A stretch of DNA of 37,208 bases from a virus, in the IMG/VR virus record IMGVR_UViG_3300028886_000020, positions 1 through 37,208 of that record; one strand, written 5' to 3'. Positions 1 through 7,801 of the stretch are shown in pieces. The position numbers and the translations under genes were made by a program. Within the stretch, counting starts at the first letter, position 1; each line of letters opens with the position of its first letter. The notes under the pieces were generated by a model. It was not told the origin of the DNA. It did not search any database and worked only from the letters and a program-made list of their open reading frames with translations.

Positions 1-127
1 GAAAATATTGGAGATTTTGAGCAGCAGATAGGACTTATTGATGCATATAATAATCTGATGGCAGACAGAGTAAATGACAAGGAACAGTTTATAGATGCGA
101 TATTGGTACTGTATGGAACTTATTTAT
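1..127. repeat. Terminal redundancy: bases 1-127 are identical to 37082-37208, indicating a circular contig overlap
   Basis: Read directly: gaaaatattggagattttgagcagcag...ggaacttatttat occurs at both ends. The portal reading frame is continuous across the junction. Confidence 0.9.
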
Positions 128-750
128 CAGATGATGATGACGGTAAAGCAGCTAAGGCATTAAGAGAATTGAAATTATTAGAACTTCCGGCTGATGCAAA
201 AGCTGAATACTTAACACGTACACTAGACGAAACTGGTGTTGAAGTGCTAAGAAAAGCCATTAAAGAAGATATATATACATTCAGCCACGTTCCTAATCTT
301 ACAGACGAAAACTTTGTAGGTAATAGTTCAGGTGTGGCAATGGAATACAAACTGTTAGGTCTTGAAATGATAACCAAAGTCAAGCAGAGGTATTATACTA
401 AAGCACTTAGAAAAAGGATAAAGCTATTCTGTAATTACTTAAGCCTTAAACAGATACTTGTTGATGCAGACAGTATTGTTCCGGTATTTACAAGAGGATT
501 ACCAAAGAATCTTGTAGAGATAGCACAGACAGTAACTAACCTCAAAGGCACAGTAAGTCAGAAGACATTATTAGGCCTGCTTCCGTTTGTAGAGGACCCA
601 GACGAAGAACTAAAGAATGTCAGAGAAGATAATGCAGAATCAATAAAGATGCAGCAGGAATTATTTAATAATCCTAAGGCAAGTGATAATACACCGCCTG
701 ATGAAGAGGGTAATGCCAGAGATGAAGAACAGGATGATGTAGATGAGTAA
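1..750 (+). CDS. Portal protein, SPP1 gp6-like, C-terminal part (continues from 36413..37208 across the circular junction; about 472 aa in total)
   Basis: Frame 1 is open from base 1 (ENIGDFEQQIGLIDAYNNLMADRVNDKEQF...). It has an acidic C-terminal tail, sits directly after terL in the circle, and the frame matches the ORF at 36413. Confidence 0.85.
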   Translation, partial: ENIGDFEQQIGLIDAYNNLMADRVNDKEQFIDAILVLYGTYLSDDDDGKAAKALRELKLLELPADAKAEYLTRTLDETGVEVLRKAIKEDIYTFSHVPNLTDENFVGNSSGVAMEYKLLGLEMITKVKQRYYTKALRKRIKLFCNYLSLKQILVDADSIVPVFTRGLPKNLVEIAQTVTNLKGTVSQKTLLGLLPFVEDPDEELKNVREDNAESIKMQQELFNNPKASDNTPPDEEGNARDEEQDDVDE

Positions 751-2386
751 TATTGATTACTGGCAGAGAAGAAAAGCAATGAATATGTATCATTATATGC
801 AGTCTGCCGAAGAAACATCTAAGGAAATAAGTAAAGTATATCATAAGGCTTCATTAGTGCTTAGTAATGAAATGGATAAGATATTTGAACGTTTTGTTAC
901 TAAGCACAAATTATCTGAAGATGATGCAAGAAAACTTCTGACTTCCATTAAAGACAAGACATCACTTGAAGAAATCAAGGCTGAACTTAGAAAAGGTGCA
1001 ACAGGGAGTGACAAGAGAGAACTGTTAGCAGAACTTGAATCTCCTGCATATGCTTACAGACTTAACAGGTTAGAAGATAAGCAACAGCAGATAGATAATC
1101 TGATGAACACAGTATATAACCAGGAAAAAGCATTAAGTACAGACCATTATAAAGAATTAATGGGCGAATCATATAACAGGTCCATGTATGAGATACAGAG
1201 ACAAGCAGGTATTGGTTATAGTTTTGATAAACTTGATAGTAAGACCATAGACAATATGCTTAAATCCAAATGGAGTGGTGCAAATTATTCAAGCAGAATA
1301 TGGAACAACACACAGAAGCTTGCTGATAGTCTTAAGACAGAATTAATAATTGGATTGCTTACAGGAGAAAGAGAAGCAGATATATCTAAGAACCTTATGT
1401 TTCAATTTGCGAGTGGAGCTAATAATGCAAGACGTCTTGTAAGAACAGAGAGTTGTCATATAGCAAATGAAATGGATATGAAAGCATATAAGGAAAGTGG
1501 CATTGATACATATGTGTTTGTGGCAACATTAGACCTGAGGACATCAGCCATATGTGCTTCGCTTGATGGCAAGAGGTTTAAGGTTAAAGACCAGCAACCG
1601 GGAGTTAATGCTCCACCAATGCATCCCTGGTGTAGGTCAACAACCATATGTGATATATCAGATGAAGAACTGTCACAGATGAAGAGACGTTCTAAGAATC
1701 CTGTAACAGGAAAGAGTGAATTAGTACCTGCAAATATGACTTATGAGGAATGGCATAAGAAATATGCTGCTGCTGAGTCGCAATTTACAACAACATCACC
1801 TATGGAAAAATCAAATGAATCATGTTATACTATAAGAGCTAAGGAAGAATTTGAAAATATAACCAATTCTATAAAATCAGACATAACAAATTATGCAAAT
1901 AATCATTCAAAATGGAGTGGCAATATAAATGTGCATAAGGATTTGATTGATGGTGATGCAATAGGTATAAAAGAATGGTCATGTGATATTGCAGTGGTTG
2001 ATTTTGCTGATGACGGTGTACTTTGGCATGAAATGCTTCATTCATGTTCTGCAAGCCATTATTCACCAAATGTTTATTCTGAACATGAATTTATAGAAGA
2101 AGCAACTGTTGAGTTTCTAAAGCAACAAATATGCGCCGAAAGAAATATTCGCAATATTGGTGCGTATGAAGATAAAGTTTTGATTTTGAAAACTATCAAT
2201 GATTCATTTGGTTATGGTACAGATTTGGAATTTGCAAAAGAAATATTTAATATTCCACTTCCTGATAGATACCAGTGGTTAGTGGATAAAGTTGATGAAA
2301 GTCTAAGAAATGCAAATGCATCTTTTGAAGATTACAATAATGTTATGTTCTTTTTGAAAGCATTGGAAGGTGGAGAGAATGGATAA
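743..2386 (+). CDS. Minor head protein with Phage_Mu_F / SPP1 gp7-like domain, plus an approximately 200-aa C-terminal extension carrying HEMLH (HExxH)
   Basis: MuF hallmark RLVRTESCHIANE...LDLRTSAICASLDGKRF...PPMHPWCRST. ATGA overlap with the portal stop. HEMLH is encoded at 2027-2041, followed about 18 aa later by EE. Confidence 0.85.
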   Translation: MSNIDYWQRRKAMNMYHYMQSAEETSKEISKVYHKASLVLSNEMDKIFERFVTKHKLSEDDARKLLTSIKDKTSLEEIKAELRKGATGSDKRELLAELESPAYAYRLNRLEDKQQQIDNLMNTVYNQEKALSTDHYKELMGESYNRSMYEIQRQAGIGYSFDKLDSKTIDNMLKSKWSGANYSSRIWNNTQKLADSLKTELIIGLLTGEREADISKNLMFQFASGANNARRLVRTESCHIANEMDMKAYKESGIDTYVFVATLDLRTSAICASLDGKRFKVKDQQPGVNAPPMHPWCRSTTICDISDEELSQMKRRSKNPVTGKSELVPANMTYEEWHKKYAAAESQFTTTSPMEKSNESCYTIRAKEEFENITNSIKSDITNYANNHSKWSGNINVHKDLIDGDAIGIKEWSCDIAVVDFADDGVLWHEMLHSCSASHYSPNVYSEHEFIEEATVEFLKQQICAERNIRNIGAYEDKVLILKTINDSFGYGTDLEFAKEIFNIPLPDRYQWLVDKVDESLRNANASFEDYNNVMFFLKALEGGENG

Positions 2387-2639
2387 AGTAAAAAAATTGT
2401 TAAAAAGTATCGCAGAGTATAAGAAAAGATATGATATTACTGAAAATTCTTCCACTGCTGAAAAGTTAGTATATGAACTTTCAAAAAAGCATAATACCAA
2501 CAATGAGTATTTAGAATTACAGAAAAAGGTGAAGTTTTTTTTGGAATCAGATGCATCAGAAAAAGATAAGCAAATGGTTATGGGATATACTGAATCATTA
2601 AGTATGATATGTTCAGCCATAAAGAACAATTTGTTATAA
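2379..2639 (+). CDS. Hypothetical small helical protein (86 aa); candidate immunity partner of the MuF C-terminal domain
   Basis: ATG at 2379 overlaps the MuF stop (ATGGATAA). RBS GGAAGGTGG lies 7 nt upstream. The composition is charged and helical. A hairpin follows. Confidence 0.6.
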   Translation: MDKVKKLLKSIAEYKKRYDITENSSTAEKLVYELSKKHNTNNEYLELQKKVKFFLESDASEKDKQMVMGYTESLSMICSAIKNNLL

Positions 2640-2651
2640 TAAATGTTGAAG

Positions 2652-2677
2652 GCACAGTCAAACGGTTGTGCTTTTTT
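2652..2677 (+). terminator. Weak intrinsic terminator
   Basis: GCACAG / TTGTGC stem (with one G-U pair), 10-nt loop, then TTTTTT. Confidence 0.45.
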
Positions 2678-2713
2678 ACACCTTAACAATTTATCCAATA
2701 TATCATCAAGGAG

Positions 2714-2962
2714 ATGATAGCTATATTAAAACTAAAGCATTCCCATATAAAAGATGAATGGATATTATATAATCCTGATTCATTTGAAACGTGCCATACA
2801 CACATCAGACATAAGCGTGTGGCACTAAAAATCAAATACCTTGCAGAACATCACGAAATACCTGAATCAAGAGATAAAAGGTTCGTTGATAGTCTTATGA
2901 GGGTAACAAAAAATAAATGCTATTTAAGGCAATTAGAAGAGTATCGAAAGACACTTAACTAA
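2714..2962 (+). CDS. Hypothetical protein (82 aa), moron-like insert between the MuF and scaffold genes
   Basis: Open frame on the correct strand. AAGGAG abuts the ATG, which is poor spacing. I recognise no family. Confidence 0.4.
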   Translation: MIAILKLKHSHIKDEWILYNPDSFETCHTHIRHKRVALKIKYLAEHHEIPESRDKRFVDSLMRVTKNKCYLRQLEEYRKTLN

Positions 2963-3070
2963 TTGCTTTTTATATTGCTCCGAAATGAGGATAAACTAAA
3001 CTGTTAACATAATCGAAGTGAATGGTCTGGGGCTTATGCAATGGACTGGGCGCAGAAAGAAGAGGATAAC

Positions 3071-3727
3071 ATGAAGAAAAAGACATTAACATTATTACCA
3101 CTTAATTTACAGTTTTTTGCAGAAGATAGTGGTTCTGATGGGGCATCAGGTTCTTCTAAGGACGGAGACGGAACTGGGGCTGCCAATGATGATGGTGGAA
3201 ATGGTGACGAAAACGGAACCGGAGGAGAGGATGGCAAGAAAAAGACCTTTGATGACATCTTAGCAGATGCATCATATCAGGCAGAGTTTGACAGAAGAGT
3301 ACAGAAGGCTATTAATACAGCAGTATCTAAGCATAAACAGGAATGGCAGAACTCACTTGATGACAAACTTACTGAAGCTGAAAAACTTGCAAAGATGACA
3401 AAAGAACAGAAAGCAGAATATATGACACAGAAGAAAGAAAAGGAACTTAGTGAAAGAGAAGCAGAGCTTAACAGAAAAGAGCTTAAGGCAGAAGCTAAGG
3501 TTACACTTGCAGAGAAGAAACTTCCTGTAGGACTTTCAGAATTGCTTGATTATACATCTGCTGATAACTGCAACAAGTCTATTGATGCATTAGAGAAAGC
3601 ATTTAATGAAGCAGTAGAAGCAGCAGTTCAGGATAAAATCAAAGGCAGTACAACACTTAAGAAAGCAGGAAATAAAAATATTTCATTGGAAGAGCAGATT
3701 GCGAATGCAATGAAAGCACATTATTAA
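3071..3727 (+). CDS. Head scaffolding protein (DUF4355-like)
   Basis: The N-terminus MKKKTLTLLPLNLQFFAED carries the LNLQFFA signature common to Firmicutes phage scaffolds. It also has a G/D-rich linker, a coiled-coil K/E-rich body, a position directly upstream of the capsid gene, and RBS AGAAGAGGA. Confidence 0.8.
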   Translation: MKKKTLTLLPLNLQFFAEDSGSDGASGSSKDGDGTGAANDDGGNGDENGTGGEDGKKKTFDDILADASYQAEFDRRVQKAINTAVSKHKQEWQNSLDDKLTEAEKLAKMTKEQKAEYMTQKKEKELSEREAELNRKELKAEAKVTLAEKKLPVGLSELLDYTSADNCNKSIDALEKAFNEAVEAAVQDKIKGSTTLKKAGNKNISLEEQIANAMKAHY

Positions 3728-3747
3728 GAAAGATGAGGTAAAAGAAT

Positions 3748-4686
3748 ATGGCGATTAACACATTAGCAACAGCAACTATATTTCAGAACACATTAGACCA
3801 GGTTGCAGTACAGGATGCTACAACAGGTTGGATGGACGAAAATGCAGGACAGGTCATTTACAATGGAGGTTCAGAAGTAAAGATACCTAAGATGACCGTT
3901 CAGGGACTTGCAGATTATGACAGAGATGAAGGTTATGTACAGGGTGGTGTGACATTAACATACCAGACAAAAGAAATGACACAGGACAGAGGACGTAAGT
4001 TCCAGCTTGATGCAATGGATATCAATGAGAATAACTTTGTCACAACAGCAGCAACAGTAATGGGAGAGTTCCAGAGAGAAAGAGTTGTACCTGAAATTGA
4101 TGCCTACAGAATTTCAAGCCTTGTAACAGCAGCTATTGGAGCAAAGAAAGCAGGAATGGTTGAATATGGTTATATACCTGGCGCAGCTAATACTTCAGCT
4201 CTTAGAAAACTTAAGACAGGTATATCAGCCTTAAGAGATATGGGTTATAACGGACCTTTAGTCGTTCAGGCAACATCTGCATTTATCCTTGAATTAGAAC
4301 TTGAATTAGCAGGCAAAATCACTAACGTTACATTCTCAAAAGGTGGAATTGAGACACGGGTACCTAGTGTAGATGGAGTACCAATCATACCTACACCATC
4401 AAACAGAATGTACTCTGCAATTACATTGTATAATGGTAAAACAGATCAGGCAGCAGGTGGCTATACAAAGGGTTCTAAGGCACTTGATGTAAACTTCTTT
4501 GTATGCCCTAGAACTACACCGGTTGCAGTTACAAAACAGGATAAAATGAAGATATTTACACCTGACCAGAATCAGGATGCAGATGCATGGAAGATGAATT
4601 ACAGAAGATACCATGATATGTGGATTCTTGATAACAAGTTAGATTCTCTTTATGTATCAATTAAAGATGCAAAACCAACTGAATAG
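3748..4686 (+). CDS. Major capsid protein
   Basis: 312 aa, directly after the scaffold gene, with RBS GATGAGG. Size and synteny are typical for a capsid gene. Confidence 0.8.
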   Translation: MAINTLATATIFQNTLDQVAVQDATTGWMDENAGQVIYNGGSEVKIPKMTVQGLADYDRDEGYVQGGVTLTYQTKEMTQDRGRKFQLDAMDINENNFVTTAATVMGEFQRERVVPEIDAYRISSLVTAAIGAKKAGMVEYGYIPGAANTSALRKLKTGISALRDMGYNGPLVVQATSAFILELELELAGKITNVTFSKGGIETRVPSVDGVPIIPTPSNRMYSAITLYNGKTDQAAGGYTKGSKALDVNFFVCPRTTPVAVTKQDKMKIFTPDQNQDADAWKMNYRRYHDMWILDNKLDSLYVSIKDAKPTE

Positions 4687-4705
4687 GATTGGAGGATTAA
4701 GACAT

Positions 4706-4960
4706 ATGGCATACAGATTGAAAAAAGCAAATGTTGAAAGAATAGCGGATACAGAGGAATCAAAGAATTACCTTATGAGCTTAGGATACGAGATAATCGA
4801 ATCATCAAATCCTGAAAATACAGATGATAAAGCAGAAGATGATTCAGACATTCAGGAAATCTCAGACGAAGCAGTAGAGAACAATACAGATACTAAGGAC
4901 GGAGCTGTTGAAACTTCTCCAAAGCCTAAGAGAGGTAAAACAACCAATAAAACAGAATAG
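4706..4960 (+). CDS. Hypothetical acidic protein (84 aa) downstream of the capsid gene
   Basis: GGAGG at 4691-4695 precedes the ATG at 4706. The N-terminal approximately 35 aa look folded and the tail is D/E-rich. Confidence 0.6.
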   Translation: MAYRLKKANVERIADTEESKNYLMSLGYEIIESSNPENTDDKAEDDSDIQEISDEAVENNTDTKDGAVETSPKPKRGKTTNKTE

Positions 4961-4971
4961 AGGTGGTTTCA

Positions 4972-5289
4972 ATGAACAGCCTTGAAATGTTAAAGAAATT
5001 ATCCGGAGAGAGTGACGAAGAGTTGCTCTCTCTTTTGCTTGAAATGGCAGAAGACAAAATACTTGGATATACAAACAGAAGTTCATTACCAAACAGATTA
5101 GAAGTTACTAAGGTAAGATGGGCATTAATTGCATATAACCGTATGGGAATGGAAGGCGAAGCTTCACGAAGTGAAGGTGGTATATCACAGGCATTTGTGG
5201 AAATACCTGAAGATATTAAATCAATACTTAACTCAAACAGACTGGCTAAGGTAGGTGGTAAGACTTATGAAGCGACTAAGACAGAGTAG
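4972..5289 (+). CDS. Head-tail connector protein (gp6-like / SPP1 gp15-like)
   Basis: The pattern MNSLEMLKKLSGESDEELLSLLLEMAEDKILGYTNR is typical of the family. RBS AGAGGTGG. Position is consistent. Confidence 0.7.
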   Translation: MNSLEMLKKLSGESDEELLSLLLEMAEDKILGYTNRSSLPNRLEVTKVRWALIAYNRMGMEGEASRSEGGISQAFVEIPEDIKSILNSNRLAKVGGKTYEATKTE

Positions 5290-5584
5290 TCTTGAAGATT
5301 GTATGCTTTCTAATTATCTGGGTGTGGATAAGGACAATGAAGGTAATACGATTCCTAAGTATTCAAAGCAGGTTGCTATTAAAGCAGAGATATGGCCTGC
5401 ATCAAGCAAGTTACAGGCTGAAATGTATGGACTAAGGATAGTGAACATACAGAATATGCTTTATCAAGGCAAGGAAAGCATTAATATCAATGACAGGATA
5501 TATTACGACAATGATACTTACAAAGTAATCAGTGCAAATGGCAAGAACATCAGAATTCTTGAAATAGAGAAGGTGTTAGAGTGA
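5267..5584 (+). CDS. Head closure / head-tail adaptor protein (SPP1 gp16-like)
   Basis: About 105 aa, with synteny. RBS AAGGTAGGTGG lies before the ATG at 5267. The C-terminal motif is DRIYYDNDTYKVI. Confidence 0.6.
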   Translation: MKRLRQSSLEDCMLSNYLGVDKDNEGNTIPKYSKQVAIKAEIWPASSKLQAEMYGLRIVNIQNMLYQGKESININDRIYYDNDTYKVISANGKNIRILEIEKVLE

Positions 5585-6054
5585 GTGGATTAGAAGGTGC
5601 AGATGAATTAATTGAAAAATTAAACTTTATAAGCAATGAGATGAAAACGGAGATACTTGAAAAAGCAGTAGGACAAGGCACACAGATAGTAAGAAGAGAA
5701 GCAGTTCTACTGTGCCCTGTAGATACCGGAGAACTAAGACAAAGCATAAAGACTTCTGTTGAAGCGGCAGGAGATGAAGTGAATGGCATTACATATACAA
5801 ATAAGGAATATGCGGCTTATGTGGAGTTTGGTACAGGTCCTAAAGGCGAAGAAAGCCATTCGGGTATATCTCCGGATATAACACCTTCATATACACAACA
5901 AGGCTGGAGCTATAAGAATGATGATGGCGAGTGGATATATACAAATGGTCAGCCAGCACAGCCATTTATGTATCCTGCATTAAAGAATAATGAGGACAAA
6001 GTCACGAAAAGAGTTAAGGAAGTTATATCAGATGAATTAAGAAAGTTGGTATGA
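5581..6054 (+). CDS. HK97 gp10-family neck / tail component
   Basis: GTG start in a GTGA overlap. Family motifs VDTGELRQSI and YAAYVEFGTG are present. Confidence 0.8.
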   Translation: MSGLEGADELIEKLNFISNEMKTEILEKAVGQGTQIVRREAVLLCPVDTGELRQSIKTSVEAAGDEVNGITYTNKEYAAYVEFGTGPKGEESHSGISPDITPSYTQQGWSYKNDDGEWIYTNGQPAQPFMYPALKNNEDKVTKRVKEVISDELRKLV

Positions 6055-6055
6055 T

Positions 6056-6415
6056 ATGCAGAATGTAAAAGATAAAATATATGAAGCAATTAAAGATGTG
6101 ACAGAAAATGTTACAGACCAGTATCCTAAAAACTGGGCGACACTTCCGGCAATACAGTATTGTGAAGAAGATAACAAGGTCTTACAGTGGGCTGATAATA
6201 AAGAGCAGAGTTCATATGTCAGATACAGAGTAGATATATGGGATTATACATCTACATCACTTACTGCGATACAAATTGATGCAAAAGTGTCAGCACTTGG
6301 CTTGAAACGTATTCAGTGTACAGATTTAGATGACCAGTCAGGATATAAGCACAAAGTAATGAGATATGAGGGTGTTATTAATCCTTATAACGACAGAGTT
6401 ACGCATATTAATTAA
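6056..6415 (+). CDS. Putative tail completion / tail terminator protein
   Basis: 119 aa, lying between the gp10-like gene and the major tail gene. The call rests on synteny only. Confidence 0.5.
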   Translation: MQNVKDKIYEAIKDVTENVTDQYPKNWATLPAIQYCEEDNKVLQWADNKEQSSYVRYRVDIWDYTSTSLTAIQIDAKVSALGLKRIQCTDLDDQSGYKHKVMRYEGVINPYNDRVTHIN

Positions 6416-6433
6416 AGAAAGTGAGGAAGAGAT

Positions 6434-6844
6434 ATGTTAGCGAATGGAACTATATTAAAGTACAAAACAAAAGGTGCAGGTTCTTATATTGAAGCATCAG
6501 GGCTTTCAGAAATACCCGAAATGGGTTCAGAAGAAGAAAAAGTTGACAGAACACCACTTAGTGCAAAAAACAAAAAATATGAGTATGGTATCGGTGATTA
6601 TGGAGATTTAGAATATAAATTCATCTATGAGAATACAAGTGCCACAAGTCCATACAGAGTATTCAGACAGGCACAGGCTGATAAAGAAGTTATGGAATTT
6701 CAGGAAGTATATCCTGATGGTACAACTTTTGAATTTTCGGCAATGTGTAATGTCAAATTAGGTGGCGGTGGTGTTAATGGTGGAATTGATTTCACATTAA
6801 AACTTGCATTACAGTCAGATATTACAATAACAGACCCATCATAA
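6434..6844 (+). CDS. Major tail protein
   Basis: 136 aa, with a strong RBS (GTGAGGAAGAG), immediately upstream of the chaperone pair and tape measure. Confidence 0.65.
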   Translation: MLANGTILKYKTKGAGSYIEASGLSEIPEMGSEEEKVDRTPLSAKNKKYEYGIGDYGDLEYKFIYENTSATSPYRVFRQAQADKEVMEFQEVYPDGTTFEFSAMCNVKLGGGGVNGGIDFTLKLALQSDITITDPS

Positions 6845-6863
6845 CCATAGGAGGTATATATTT

Positions 6864-7379
6864 ATGGCAAAATTCATTAATAAAAGGAAAGACACGCATA
6901 AAGAGAATTATGACAAACTGGTGGAAGATTTAGAGTCAGAAGCTATTAAGGAATATAGTGAAGAGGAAGAGTCAGATGATACAGAAGATTATGAAGAACG
7001 TACAAAAATGAAAAAGATGCACTTTGCATATTGGACTGTCAGAGGTCGAACATATCGTCTGAAACTTAAAACCAAGAGTATTGAATTGTTAGAGAACAAA
7101 TATAAGACGAATTTAATTAACTTAATGGGAAGTGAATCATCTCTCCCACCGCTTAAGATAATGCTTGAAATAGCACATGAAGCTATGAAAGAGTGGCATC
7201 ATGGCATTAAGTATGAAAATGTGCTTGATTTGTTTGATGCATATATTGATGATGGTGGAAGTCAGCTTAAGTTTTTCACTAATGTATTCATAGGTATCTA
7301 TATTGCAAGTGGTTTTTTTACACCGGAAATGGCAACAGAGATGTTAGAAGCAATGGCAGAAGCAGAGAAGATGATGTAA
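6864..7379 (+). CDS. Tail assembly chaperone (gpG analogue)
   Basis: Lies between the major tail and tape measure genes. N-terminus is acidic. RBS GGAGG. Contains the slippery T7 run near its 3' end. Confidence 0.75.
   Translation: MAKFINKRKDTHKENYDKLVEDLESEAIKEYSEEEESDDTEDYEERTKMKKMHFAYWTVRGRTYRLKLKTKSIELLENKYKTNLINLMGSESSLPPLKIMLEIAHEAMKEWHHGIKYENVLDLFDAYIDDGGSQLKFFTNVFIGIYIASGFFTPEMATEMLEAMAEAEKMM
7313..7319 (+). promoter_or_regulatory. Candidate -1 programmed ribosomal frameshift heptamer T_TTT_TTT
   Basis: Zero-frame codons are GGT TTT TTT ACA (G F F T). The -1 frame is open from 7283 through 7801. Confidence 0.6.
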
Positions 7380-7414
7380 ATAAAGATATTCTGAAAAGAA
7401 AGACTGTTACAGAT

Positions 7415-7801
7415 ATGTTATGGGAAGTATATCCACGATTTTTGGATTGTGGATATACTTCTTCTTTATTTTGGGAAAGTTCTTTAGACGAAATTATTGA
7501 CTTAATTGAAAGCCATAATCGAATACAGGAAGTAAAGATAAAGGACGAAGAGAACAAAATAAAGACTAATATCATACTTAATCAGGTTCTTGCAAAACAG
7601 ATATCGGAATTCATTGTGTTGTCATTTCCTGGAGTAGATGCAAAACCTACACCACTTAGTACCTATTTTCCTGATTTGTTTAAGGAAGAAAAAGACGTGG
7701 AAAATGATGATGAAGTAAAAAAGCAGTTAGCAATCAATAAAGCTAAGATGGAAGAGTTTGCATTTTGGCATAACCAGAAGAGAAAGGAGGCGAAAAAATA
7801 G
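7415..7801 (+). CDS. gpT-like extension of the tail assembly chaperone, probably expressed as a G-T fusion by -1 frameshifting (fusion about 312 aa)
   Basis: This ORF is in the -1 frame relative to 6864..7379. There is no convincing RBS before the ATG at 7415. Its frame is open back to 7283, overlapping the slippery site. Confidence 0.65.
   Translation: MLWEVYPRFLDCGYTSSLFWESSLDEIIDLIESHNRIQEVKIKDEENKIKTNIILNQVLAKQISEFIVLSFPGVDAKPTPLSTYFPDLFKEEKDVENDDEVKKQLAINKAKMEEFAFWHNQKRKEAKK

Noticed and set aside
2303-2698. 131-aa minus-strand ORF antisense to 2379..2639
   Set aside because: It is rich in F, C, S and I, which is typical of antisense composition. It has no RBS and is on the opposite strand from the whole structural operon. 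The + strand ORF has an RBS and overlaps the stop codon of the MuF gene.
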